From Squalus acanthias (lineage: Eukaryota), in assembly GCA_030390025.1 (NCBI GenBank), contig JASTWF010000343.1, forward strand, positions 310,001 to 374,000: DNA of 64,000 nt, read 5' to 3'. Of this stretch, positions 24,670 through 36,599 are shown piece after piece. The translations under genes were made by a program, and so were the position numbers. The notes below the pieces were generated by a model, which did no database searches, had not been told where the DNA came from, and saw only the letters and a program-made list of their open reading frames with translations. Position 1 is the first letter of the stretch; each line of letters opens with the position of its first letter.

Positions 24670-26905
24670 CTCACTTTCACACTCTGATATACCCCACACC
24701 ATTCACTTTAACACTGTGATATACCCCTCAGTTTAATCCTCTCTTACATATCGCTAACCTCTCACTGTAACAGACCGATATACCCCACTCACCTCACTTT
24801 AACACTGATATACCCCGCAAAGCTCAATGTAACACTCTGATATAACCCACACTGCTCACTGTAAAACTCTGATATGCCCCACAGCCATCACTCTAACACT
24901 CTAGTATACGTCACTACACTCTGATATACCCACCACCCCTCACTGAAATACTCAGATACACCCCACTCTCTTAAATACGACAAACCTCTCAATGTAACAC
25001 ACTGATATATCCCACACCCCTCATTGTAACACTCTGAGATACCTAACACCCCTCAGTGTAACACTCTGATGGTACACCGTACACCCCTCACTGATACATT
25101 CTGATATAACCCACACCACTCACTGTAACACTTTCATATACCCCACGCCCCTCACTGTAACACCCTCCGATATAAACCAGACCCGTCACTGTAACACACT
25201 GATATAGCCCACGCCCCTCACAGTGACACTCTGATATACCCACACCCCTCATTGTAACATTCTGATGTACCCCACACTCCTGATTGTAACACTGATATAC
25301 CCGACAAGCCTCACTCTAACACTCTTATATACTCCATACCCCTCACTGTAAAACCCTGAGATAACCCAACACTGATCATTGTATTACTCTGATATACACC
25401 ATACTTCCTCACTGTAACACTCTGATGTAAACCCACTCCACTGACTGTAACACTCTGATATACTCCACACACCCCACATTGTCACATTCTGATATAACCC
25501 ACACCCCTCAATTTAATCCTCTCTCACATTCCCAAAACTCTCACTGTAATAGACCGATATACCCCACTCACATCACTTTAACACTCTGATATTCCCGACA
25601 CCGCTCAATGTAATACTCTGATATACCCCACACCCCTCACTCTAACACTCTGATATAATCCTCACCCCTCACTGTAACACTGATATAAACCACAACCCTC
25701 ACTGTAACACATTGATATACCCCACACCCCTCACTCTAACATTCTGGTATACCTCACTACATTCTGATATAGCCACACCGCACACTGCAACACTCAGATA
25801 CACCCCACTCTCTTTCATACCCGATTCCTCTCACTGTAACACACTAATATACCCCACACCATGCATTGTAACACTCTGATAAACCCCGCACCCCTCAATG
25901 TAACAATCTGAGATACCGAACAGCCCTCACTGTAACACTCTGATGATAAATCCCATACCCCTCACTTTAACATTCTGATATAACACACACCCATCACTAT
26001 AATAGTCTGTTACACCGCACACCCCTCACTGTAACTCTCTGAAATAAACCACACCCCTCACTGTAACACTCTGATATACCCCACACCCCTCACTGTAACA
26101 TTCAAATGTACCCCACAACACTCACTGTAAAACTCTGATATACCCCACACTCTTGACTGTAACCCTCTCTTACATACCACAAACCTCTCAATGTAACACA
26201 CCGTTATACCCCACTCCCCTCACTGTAACACTCTCTGATATACTCCATACCCATCACTGTAACACTCTGATATACACCACACCTCTCAATGTAACACACT
26301 GATATACCCCACACCACTCACTGTAACATTCTGATGGACGTCACATCTCTCACTGTAACACTCTGATATACACCACTCCCCTCACTGTAACAATCTCTGA
26401 TATACTCCATACCCCTCGCTGTAACACTCTGATATAGCCCACAACCCTCGCTGTAAAACTGTGATATACCCAACAACCATCACTGTAACACTCTGATACG
26501 CCACCCCCCTCACTGTAACACTCTGATATACCCCACACCCCTCGCTGTAATACTGTGATATACCTGAAAGCTCTTACTGTAATGCTCTGATATATCCCAC
26601 AGCCTTAACTGTAACACTCTGTTATACCCCACACGACTCAGTGTAACTCTCTAATATACCCCACACACCTCACTGCAACACGCTGATAAAACCCATAGCC
26701 CTCATTGTAACACTATGATATACCCCACACGCCTCACTGTTAATCTCTGATATATCCCACACACCTTACTGCAACACACTGATAAACCTCACACAACTTC
26801 ACTGTAACACTCTGATATATACCTACCCCCTCACTGTAACACACTGATAGACCCCTCACTGTTATCCTCTCTTACATATTGATATAACTCACACCACTCA
26901 ATGTT
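24670..26905. repeat. Second block of the ~31-bp CCCTCACTGTAACACTCTGATATA satellite
   Basis: Same unit and orientation as 4841-11333. Confidence 0.95.
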
Positions 26906-27352
26906 GGCACTGCCACATTAATACCATGGGCATCAATTAGGATAATATGTGATACTTTATCAAGCACCTTTTGTAAGGATAGGGAAATTGGGAAAGTGTG
27001 AGGAGTATCAATCATACAAACATAGAATTGGTTATCCAAGTGGTGTTGATAATTTGTTTAGCGAACTTGACGCCCCACTCTGATCACAATCTGGTTTCAA
27101 TCAATGAATTATAAAATCATTCATTTTAATCCTATTTTATTTTAATGCAAGGAGTCTTGCGAGTAAGGCAGATGAATTGAAGGTGTTGATGAACACATGG
27201 GAGTATGATATTGTTGCTATCACAGAGGCATGGTTGAGGGAGGGGCAGGACTGGCAGCTCAATATTCCGGGGTTTAGAATCTTCAGGCGAGACAGAGGGG
27301 TGTGCAAAAGAGGAGGGGGTGTCGCAATATTAATCAAGGAGTCAATTACTGT

Positions 27353-30300
27353 TGTAAATAAGGGAGGCTAGAGTGCAGTTTGCCACGGAGTGCAGATCGG
27401 AACAGAGTGTTAAGCTGCGAGTTTGGTGAGTGAGGGAGTTCGGAGAGGGAGATGTTCCTTTCTTTTTCCATCTTTGTCAGCTTCCAGGATAGCAGGAGGT
27501 AAAAATATCTGCACAAGAGGAGACAGAGAACCAGCGGTGAGTATTTCTGCAGTATTTTTACATTCCAGTCATTAAAGTAAAAGTAAGTTCTCTAGTTTAG
27601 AGTAAAGTAGTGTTTAAAGGGAAGTAAGGTCCCTAGTTTATTTAATATTCTTTAATTTAAACGAAGTAAATTAAGGGTAGGACATGGCAGGTCAGCTCGG
27701 GAGCATGAAGTGCTCCTCCTCTGCTATGTTGGAAGTCAGGGAAACTTTAGGTGTCCAGGGCGGACACATGTGCAGGAAGTGTCTCCAGCTGCAGCTACTC
27801 GAAATCAGCGTTTCGGAGCTGGGGCTGCGGCTCGAGTCACTGTGGAGCATCCGCGAAGCTGAGATCTTCGTGGATGGCACGTTTAACAAGGTGGTCACAC
27901 CGCAGGTAAAGAGTGCACAGGCCGACAGGGAATGGGTGAACACCAGACAGTGTAAAAGAACTAGGAAGGTAGTGCAGAAGTCCCCTGGGTCCATCTCCCT
28001 CTCCGACAGATTTTCCATTTTGGATACTGATGGAGGAGATGGTTTCTCAGGGGAATGCTTCAAGAACAAAGTCCGTGGCACTACGAGTTGCTCAGCTGCA
28101 TAGTAGGGGAGGAAAAATAGAGGGAGAGAAATAGTGATAGCGGATTATATCATAAGGGAACAGATAGACGTTTCTGTGGTTGCAGACGTGACTCCAGGAT
28201 GGTATGTTGCCTCTCTGGTGCGAGGGACAAGGATGTCACTGAACGGCTGCATGTCATTCTGAAGGGGGAGGGCGAACAGTCAGAGGTCGTGGTTCACATT
28301 GGTACCAACGACATGGGTAGAAAGAGGGATGCGGTCCTGCAACAAAAATTTAGGGAGCTAGGTAGCTGATTAAAAAGCAGGACCTCAAAGGTTGTAATCT
28401 CTGGATTACTCCCGGAACCACGTGCTAGTGAGTACAGGAATAGGAGGATAGAGCAGATGAATGCGTGGCTAAAGATTTGGTGCAGGAGGGAGGGCTTTAG
28501 TTTCCTGGATCACTGGGTCTGCTTCTGGAGAAGGTGTGACCTGTACAAGTCGTACGGGTTGCACCTGAACCGGAACGGGACCAACATCCTTCGGGGAAGA
28601 TTTGCAAGTACTGTCGCGGCGGGGTGGGGGGTGGTGGGGGTGGGAGGGGCGGGAGGGAGTTAAACTAACTTGGCAGGGGGATGGGATATGGAGTAGTCTA
28701 CAGTAAGGGGTGATGCACAACCAAATATAGAGCAAAAAAACAAGTCAGCCTGAAAGGCAGAGCAAATATGTAACGGCACAAGGGAGAATGGCAAGGCTGG
28801 CTGGTATTTATTTTAATGCAAGGAGTCTTGCGAGTAAGGCAGATGAATTGAAGGTTTTGATGAACACATGGGAGTACGTTATTGTTGCTGTCACAGAGGC
28901 ATGGTTGAGGGAGGGGCAGGACTGGCAGCTCAATATTCCGGGGTATAGTATCTTCAGGCGAGACAGAGGGGGCTGTAAAAGAGGAGGGGGTGTCGCAATA
29001 TTATTCAAGGAGTCAATTACTGCTGTAAGAAGGGATGATATCTTAGCAGGTTCCTCTAATGCGGCCATATGGGTAGAATTTAAAAACAAAAAGGGGGCAA
29101 GCACTTTCATGGGAGTGTAGTATAGGCCCCCAAACAGTCAGGGGGAGATAAAGGAACAGATATGTCGGCAAATCTCAGAGAAGTGTAGAAATAATAGGGA
29201 AATAATAGTAGGGGATTTCAACTTCCCCAATATTAACTGTGATAGTCAGAGTGTGAAAGCGTTAGAGGGTGCGAAATTCTTAAAGTGCATCCAGGTGAGC
29301 TTTTTGTTCCAGCATGTAGAAAGTCCTACAAGGCAAGGGGCGGTACTGGACCTAATTCTAGGGAATGTAGCCGGGCAAGTGATAGAATTGTTAGCAGGAG
29401 AGCATTTTGGTGACAGTGACCATAATTCGGTGAGATTAAAGGTCGTCATGTAAAAGGACATTATGGACCGGAAATAAAGGTTCTAAATTGGATGAAGGCC
29501 GATTTTATTATGATAAGGCGGGATCTGGACAAAGTGGACAGGGATCAGCTACTTGTAGGAAAATCCACATCAGAGCAGTGGGAGTCTTTCAGAAAGGAAA
29601 TAGAGAGAGTACAACGGCAACATGTTCCTGTAAAGGTCAAGGGTGGGACCAACAAGCCCAGGGTACCCTGGATGTCAATGGATATACGAGAATGGATTAG
29701 GAAAAAAAGGGAGGCTTTTGGCAGATACAAAGGACTAAAAACAGTGGAATCCCTAGAGGAGTATAGAAAGTGCAGGGGGGCAGTTAAAAAATAAATTAGG
29801 AGAGCGAAGAGGGGGCATGAAATAACACTGGCGGGCAAAATAAAGGAAAATCCCAAGGTGTTTTATAAGTATATTAAGGGCAAAAGGATAACCAGGGAAA
29901 GAGTAAGGCCCATTAGGGACCAAAGAGGCAATCTGTGTGTAGAGCCGGAAGATGTAGGTGAGGTTTTAAATGAATATTTTGCATCTGTATTCACTATGGA
30001 GAAGAACGATGTAGGCATAGAAATCAGGCAGGGGGATTGTGATATACTTGAACAAATTAGCATCGAGAGGGAGGAGGTACTAGCGGTTTTAGTGGGCTTA
30101 AAAGTGGATAAATCCCCAGGACCTGACGAGATGTATCCCAGGCTGCTGTGTGAGGCAAGGGAGGAGATTGCAGGGGCTCTGACACAAATTTTCAGAACCT
30201 CTCTGACCACAGGGGAGGTGCCAGAGGACTGGAGAACAGCTAACGTAGTACCATTATTCAAGAAGGGTAGTAGGGATAAACCAGGGATTACAGGCCAGTG

Positions 30301-31443
30301 AGCCTAACATCAGTGGTAGGGAAATTATTGGAAAAAATTCTGAGGGACAGAATTAGTCTCCACTTGGAGAGGCAATGGTTAATCAAGGATAGTCAGCATG
30401 GCTTTGTCAGGGGGAGATCATGTCTAACCAATTTGATTGAATTTTTCGAGGGGGTGACTAGGTGTGTGGATGAGGGTGGTGCAGTTGATGTAGTGTACAT
30501 GGACTTCAGTAAGGCTTTTGACAAAGTCCCGCATGGGAGAATGGTCAAGAAGGTAAGAGACCATGGGATCCAGGGCAATTTGGCACATTGGATCCAAAAT
30601 TGGCTTAGTGGCAGGAGGCAGAGGGTGATGGTCGAAGGTTGTTTTTGTGACTGGAAGCCTGTGTCCAGTGGTGTACCGCAGGGATCGGTGCTGGGTCCTT
30701 TGATGTTTGCAGTGTACATTAATGATTTAGATATGAATGTAGGAGGTATGATCAGTAAGTTTGCAGATGACACAAAAATTGGTGGAGTGGTAAATAGCGA
30801 GGAGGGAATCCTTAGGCTACAGGACGATATAGACGGGTTGGTTAGATGGGCAGAACAGTGGCAAATGGAATTTAACCCTGAAAAGTGAGGTGATGCATTT
30901 TGGGAGGACTAACAAGGCAAGGGAATACACAATGAATGGTAGGACCCTAGGAAGGACAGAGGATCAGAGGGACCTTGGTGTGCATGTACATAGATCCCTG
31001 AAGGCAGCAGGACAGGTAGATAAGGTGGTTAAAAAGGCCTATGGGATACTTGCCTTCATTAGCCGAGGCATCGAATATAAGAATATAAGAGCAGGGAGGT
31101 TATGATGGAGCTGTACAAAACGCTAGTTAGGCCACAGCTGGAATACTGTGTACAGTTCTGGTCGCCACACTATAGGAAGGATGTGATTGCATTGGAGAGG
31201 GTGCAGAGGAGATTCACCAGGATGTTACCTGGGCTGGAGCACTTCAGCTATGAATAGAGACTGGACAGGCTGGGGTTGTTTTCCTTAGAGCAGAGAAGGC
31301 TGAGGGGGGACCTGATTGAGGTGTACACAATCATGAGGGGCATAGATAGGGTAGATAGAAAGGAACTTTTCCCCTTAGTAGAGGGGTCAATAACCAGGGG
31401 GCATAGTTTCAAGGTAAGGGGCAGGAGGTTTAGAGAGGATTTG
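27353..31443 (+). mobile_element. Near full-length CR1 LINE (ORF1 27684-28660, ORF2 28788-31440), disabled
   Basis: MAGQLGS..CRKC zinc finger, HIGTND esterase, YFNARSL..TEAWL APE, GVPQGSVLGP..KFADDTK RT; multiple stops and frameshifts. Confidence 0.95.
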
Positions 31444-31444
31444 T

Positions 31445-31682
31445 ATCAGTCATGGTGACCATGAAAACCCATCGTTAAAACCCATCTGGTTCACTAATGT
31501 CCTTTAGGGAAGGCAATCTGCCGTCCTTACCCGGTCTGGCCTATCGGTGACTCCAGACAATGTGGTTGACTCTTAACTGCCCTCTGAAATGGCCAAGCGA
31601 GTCACTCAGTTGTAACAAACTGCTACGATTCACCACAGGGACTGCAGCGGTTCAAGAAGGCGGCTCACCACCACCTTCTCAG
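31445..31682 (+). mobile_element. Bipartite LINE-derived non-autonomous element, 5' part (3' part at 32521-32600)
   Basis: Matches 40513-40787; split by the CR1 at 31683-32520. Confidence 0.8.
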
Positions 31683-32520
31683 GGATATAGACAGGTTAAC
31701 TGAGTGGGCAGTAAGGTGGCAGATGGAGTATAATGTGGGGAAATGTGAGGTTATTCACTTGGGTAAGAAGAATAGAAAAACAGAATTTTTTAAAATGGTG
31801 AGAATCTATTAAATGTTGGTGTTCAGAGATTTCGGTGTCCTCGTGCAAGAAACACAGAAAGCTAGCATGCAGGTACAGCAAGCAATTAGGAAGGCAAATG
31901 GGATGTTGGCCTTTATTGCAAGAGGGTTGGAGTATAAGAGTAAGGAAGTCTTGCTACAATTGTACAGGGCCTTGGTGAGACCACACCTGGAGTACTGTGC
32001 ACAGTTTTGGTCTCCTTATCTAAGGAAGGATATACTTGCCTTGGAGGCGGTGCAACGAAGGTTCACTAGATTGATTCCTGGGATGAGAGGGCTGTCCTAT
32101 GATGAGAGATTGAGTAGAATGGGCCTATACTCTCTGGAGTTTAGAAGAATGAGAGGTGATCTCATTGAAACATAAGATTTTGAAGGGGATTGACAGGGTA
32201 GATGCTGAGAGGTTGTTTCCCCTGGCTGGAGTGTCGAGAACTAGGGGGCATAGTCTCAGGAGAAGGGGTTGGCACTAAGATGAGGAGGAATTTCTTCACT
32301 CAGAGGGTTGTGAATCTTTGGAATTCTCTGCCCCAAAGTGCTGTGGATGCTCAGTCGTTGAGTATATTCAAGGCTGAGATCGATAGATTTTTGGAATCGA
32401 GGGATACGGGGATCGGGTGGGAAAGTGGAGTTAAGGTCGAAGATCAGCCATGATCTTATTGAATGGTGGAGCAGGCTCGAGGGGCCGTATGGCCCACTCC
32501 TGCTCCTAATTCTTATTCTT
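31683..32520 (+). mobile_element. 5'-truncated CR1
   Basis: KANGMLAFIARG..LYRALVRPHLEYC..EFRRMRGDLIET plus 3' UTR. Confidence 0.92.
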
Positions 32521-32715
32521 TTCTTGAGGGCAACTAGGGATGGGCAATAAATACTGGCTTTACCAGTGACACCCACATCCCGAGAATGAATTAAAAAAAA
32601 TTCTAGACTGCAACAATACTGGCCAGTTGCCCAGTCTGATCAAAGTGCAGATGGCTGGTGCTGACAAGATACAGATCAGCAGGAGTCGGATCTGATGCAA
32701 GAGGAAGTAGCGAGG

Positions 32716-33043
32716 ATGGATGGAGGACTGAGGGACCTCGGCAAGAGCCTGTGCATCATCATGGGCGCCTCCAGGGGTCTGGGGAAGAGGCTGTCCCTGG
32801 TGCTGGCTCCCAGGCTGCGGGCTGGCTCCCACCTGGTGCTGAGGGCCAGGTCTGGGGACAACCTGCGAGAGGTGGAGCGCCAGGTGCTGGAAGCAGCGGC
32901 TCTGCTGGGCGGCGGGTTGAGGGTGAGCCGTGTGGAAGACAAGCTCAGTGAGGCAGAGGCAGTGCAGCGGGTGCTGAGCTCGGTCACCGGTGGCCAGGAC
33001 CAGGACGGACCTCCGGAGCGGCTGCTCCTCATCAACAACACGG
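32716..33043 (+). pseudogene. SPR: Orphan first coding exon of sepiapterin reductase (probably a decayed duplicate)
   Basis: MDGGLRDLGKSLCIIMGASRGLG..GSHLVLRARS..GLRVSRV..RLLLINNTG followed by a GTGAGG donor. Matches SPR exon 1 as recalled (CLLTGASRGFG..GSVLVLSAR..GLRVVRV..RLLLINNAG). No later exons seen. Confidence 0.85.
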
Positions 33044-33059
33044 GTGAGGGCCGGAGGCT

Positions 33060-33500
33060 TGTTGATCAAATTAAGGCTCAGGTTATTAAAGGGAGTGGGG
33101 CAGCGCAGATAGGAAGTTGGGTAAAGGGCAGAGAACAGAGAGTTCTGGTTAATGGATGTTCTTCAGACTGGAGGGATGTAAACAGTGGTGTCCCCCAGGG
33201 TCAGTGTTGGCACCATTGCTCTTCTCAATATAGAGAAATGTTCTGGGCTTGGGTTTGTGGGGCACAAGACCAAAGTCTCTCGATGACACCAAAAAAGGGA
33301 CCTTGGCCAACTGTGAAAGGCCTGTCAGTGACTTCAGTGAATACACAGGTTATAAATGGGGCAGGTAGATGGCCGATGAAGATTAACGCAGAGAAATGGG
33401 AGGTGATACATTTTTCTTCCTCCTAAAATCTAAAAAATATACATGAAATGTTAGAACTTTGAAAGGAGTAGAGAAGAGAGACTTGGGGTGTAAGATTCTA
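33060..33500 (+). mobile_element. Old degraded CR1 RT fragment
   Basis: REQRVLVNGCSSDWRDVNSGVPQG, NAEKWEVIHF. Confidence 0.75.
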
Positions 33501-33636
33501 GCGAACCCCTTGTCCTATTAATTTGCAGGTTCAAGTATCCAGTGTCACCAACTTTAATACTCCATTAAGAAGCTGATGGGTTTACATCACATCGGCTTTG
33601 GGTTAAATATTGTGGTCATTGAGGCAAACACCACGT

Positions 33637-34079
33637 GTCCCATCAAACTATCTCCAGTCAGGTACAGCACGGGTTACATACAGAGTAAAGCTTCCTCTAC
33701 ACTGTCCCATCAAACACTCCCAGGGCAGGTACAGCACGGGTTAGATACAGAGTAAAGCTCCCTCTGCACTGTCCCATCAAACTATCTCCAGTCAGGTACA
33801 GCACGGGTCAGATACAGAGTAAAGCTCCCTCTACACTGTCCCATCAAACACTCCCAGGGCAGGTACAGCACGGGTTAGATACAGAGTAAAGCTCCCTCTA
33901 CACTGTCCCATCAAACACTCCCACGGCAGGTACAGCACGGGTTAGATACAGAGTAAAGCTCCCTCTACACTGTCCCATCAAACACTCCCAGGGCAGGTAC
34001 AGCACGGGTTAGATACAGAGTAAAGCTCCCTCTACACTGTCCCATCAAACACTCCCAGGGCAGGTACAGCACGGGTTAG
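33637..34079. repeat. 67-bp tandem repeat (~6.5 copies)
   Basis: CTGTCCCATCAAACACTCCCAGGGCAGGTACAGCACGGGTTAGATACAGAGTAAAGCTCCCTCTACA at a 67-bp period; also at 41199-41380 and as traces near 24450-24660. Confidence 0.95.
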
Positions 34080-34080
34080 G

Positions 34081-34409
34081 ATTACATTACACAGGATATA
34101 CGGCACAGAAACAGGCCATTCGGCCCAACCCGTCCATGCCGGTGTTTATGCTCCACTCGGGCCTCCTCCCAGGTTTCCTCATCTAACTATCAGCAAAACC
34201 CTCTATTCCCTTCTCCCTCATATGCTTATCTAGTCTCCCCTTAAATGTATCTATACTGTTCGCTTCAACCACTCCCTGTGGTAGTGAGTTCCACATTCTC
34301 ACCACTCTCTGGGTAAAGAAGTTTCTTCTGAATTCCCTATTGGATTTCTTGGTGACTATCTTATTTTGATGGACTCGAGTTTTGCTCTTCCCCACAAGTG
34401 GAAACACTC
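34081..34409 (-). mobile_element. CR1 3' end
   Basis: EFRRNFFTQRVVRMWNSLP. Confidence 0.85.
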
Positions 34410-35384
34410 TTTTTTTGATAGATATAAATGACATGGATATTGAAATACAGAATAGAATTTCTAAATTTGCCGATGACACCAAACTAGGGGGTGTGGCAAA
34501 CAGTGAGGATGATACCAATCGACTTCAACAGGACATAGAAAGGCTAGCAGAATGGGCAGACAAGTGGCAGATGGAAATTAATAGAGAAGTGTGAGGCGAT
34601 GCATTTTGGCAGAAGGAACAGGGAGAGGCGATATCCACTTAATGGCACAGTTTTAAAGAGTGTGCAGGGACAGAGGGACCTGGGAGTTAATAGGCATAGG
34701 TCCCTGAAGGTGGCAGGACATATTGAGAGAGTGGTTAGCAAAGCATATGGGATCTTGGGCTTCATAAATAGAGGTATTGAGTACAAAAGTAGAGAAGTTA
34801 TGCTGAACCTTTATAAAGCACTGGTTAGGCCACAACTGGAGTATTGAGTCCAGTTCTGGTCTCCAGACTTTAGGAAGGAAGTGAAGGCCCTTGAGAGGGT
34901 GCAGAGGAGATTTACCAGAATGGTTCCGGGGATGGGGGATCTTAGCTACAAGGACAGGTTGGAGAAGCTGGATTTGTTTTCATTGGAGCAAAGGAGGTCG
35001 AGTGGTGATTTGATGGAGGTGTACATGATTATGACGGGTTTGGATAGGCTAGACGGGGAAAGGCTGTTCCCACTAGTTGATGGTACAAGGACTAGGGGAC
35101 ACATATTTAAGGTTTTGGACAAGAGATACAGGGGGGATGTGAGGAAAAACTTTTTTACACAGCGAGTGGGGAGGACCTGGAACTCGCTGCCGACGGAAGT
35201 GGTGGAAGCGGAGACACTCGATGTTTTCAAGGGGAGACTGGATAGGCACTTGAGGGAAATAAACTTGCAGGGCTACAGGGATAGAGCGGGGGAATGGGAC
35301 TGACTGGATTGCTCTACAGAGAGACGGCACGGACTCGATGGGCCGAATGACCTCCTTCTGTGCCGTTATGACTCTATGACTCTG
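34410..35384 (+). mobile_element. 5'-truncated CR1
   Basis: INDMD..ISKFADDTKLGG through to a (ACTCTATG)n tail. Confidence 0.9.
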
Positions 35385-36560
35385 TCTTTACTCTATCGAA
35401 ACCTTTCATAATTTTAAAGACCTCTATTTGGTCACCCCTCAGCCTTCTCTTTTCAAGAGAAAAGAGAGCCAGCCTGTTCATCCACCCTCGCACTTCTGGT
35501 ATCATCCTTGTAAATCTTCTCTGCACCCTCTCTAGTGCCTCTATATCCTTTTTATAATATGGCGACCAGAATTATACACAGTACTCGGAGTGTGGTCTAA
35601 CCAAGGTTCGATACAAGTTTAGCATAACTTCCCTACTTTTCAATTCAATCCCTCTAGAAATAAACCCTAGTGCTTGGTTTGCTATTTTATGGCCTTGTGT
35701 TGCTACTTTTAGTGATTTGTGTATTTGTACTCAGAGATCCCTTTGCTCTTCTTTCCCACTTAGATTCTTATTTTCCAAGTAATAAGTGACCGCCCTTTTT
35801 TTCTTACCAAAATGTAATACATTTATCTGTGTTGAATTTCATTTGCCAATTATTTGCCCATTCTTCAATTTTATTAATGTCTTGTAATTTGTTGCAGTAT
35901 CAGTATTGACTAGCCCCGCCCCCTTTGTTGCAGTCTCCTCAGTATTGACTAGCCCCGCCCCCTTTGTTGCAGTCTCCTCAGTATTGACTAGCCCCGCCCC
36001 CTTTGTTGCAGTCTCCTCAGTATTGACTAGCCCCGCCCCCTTTGTTGCAGTCTCCTCAGTATTGACTAGCCCCGCCCCCTTTGTTGCAGTCTCCTCAGTA
36101 TTGACTAGCCCCGCCCCCTTTGTTGCAGTCTCCTCAGTATTGACTAGCCCCGCCCCCTTTCTTGCAGTCTCCTCAGTATTGACTAGCCCCGCCCCCTTTG
36201 TTACAGTCTCCTCAGTATTGACTAGCCCCGCCCCCTTTGTTGCAGTCTCCTCAGTATTGACTAGCCCCGCCCCCTTTGGTGTCATCTGGGAATTTAGAAA
36301 TTGTGGTTTTGATTCCAAAGTCTAAATCGTTAATGTAAATTCTGAACAGCACTGGTTCCAGCACTGATCCTTGTGGAACACCACTACCCACCTTCTGCCA
36401 CTGTGAATAGCTGCCCTTTACCCCGACTCTCTGCTTTCTGTCCTGAAGCCAGCCAGCAATCCATTCTGCTACTTGTCCCCACACTCCGCATTCTCTGACC
36501 TTGTTCATCAGTCTATTATGAGGTACCTTATCGAAGGCCTTTTGAAAATCCAGATAAATT
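35385..36560 (-). mobile_element. CR1 RT fragment containing a 39-bp tandem expansion
   Basis: GVPQGSVL..YINDLD..ISKFPDDTK immediately precedes the array on the minus strand. Confidence 0.88.
35888..36278. repeat. 39-bp minisatellite, 10 copies
   Basis: TTTGTTGCAGTCTCCTCAGTATTGACTAGCCCCGCCCCC, nearly perfect copies. Confidence 0.97.
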
Positions 36561-36599
36561 ACACGTACTCCATAGGGATAGGACGGGAAAGTGTTGAGG

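Noticed and set aside
32695..33426. 243-aa SPR-RT fusion ORF
   Set aside because: Read-through past the SPR exon 1 donor at 33044 into a decayed intronic CR1.
35839..36325. Repeat protein (TKGAGLVNTEETA)n
   Set aside because: Translation of a 39-bp minisatellite inside a dead CR1.
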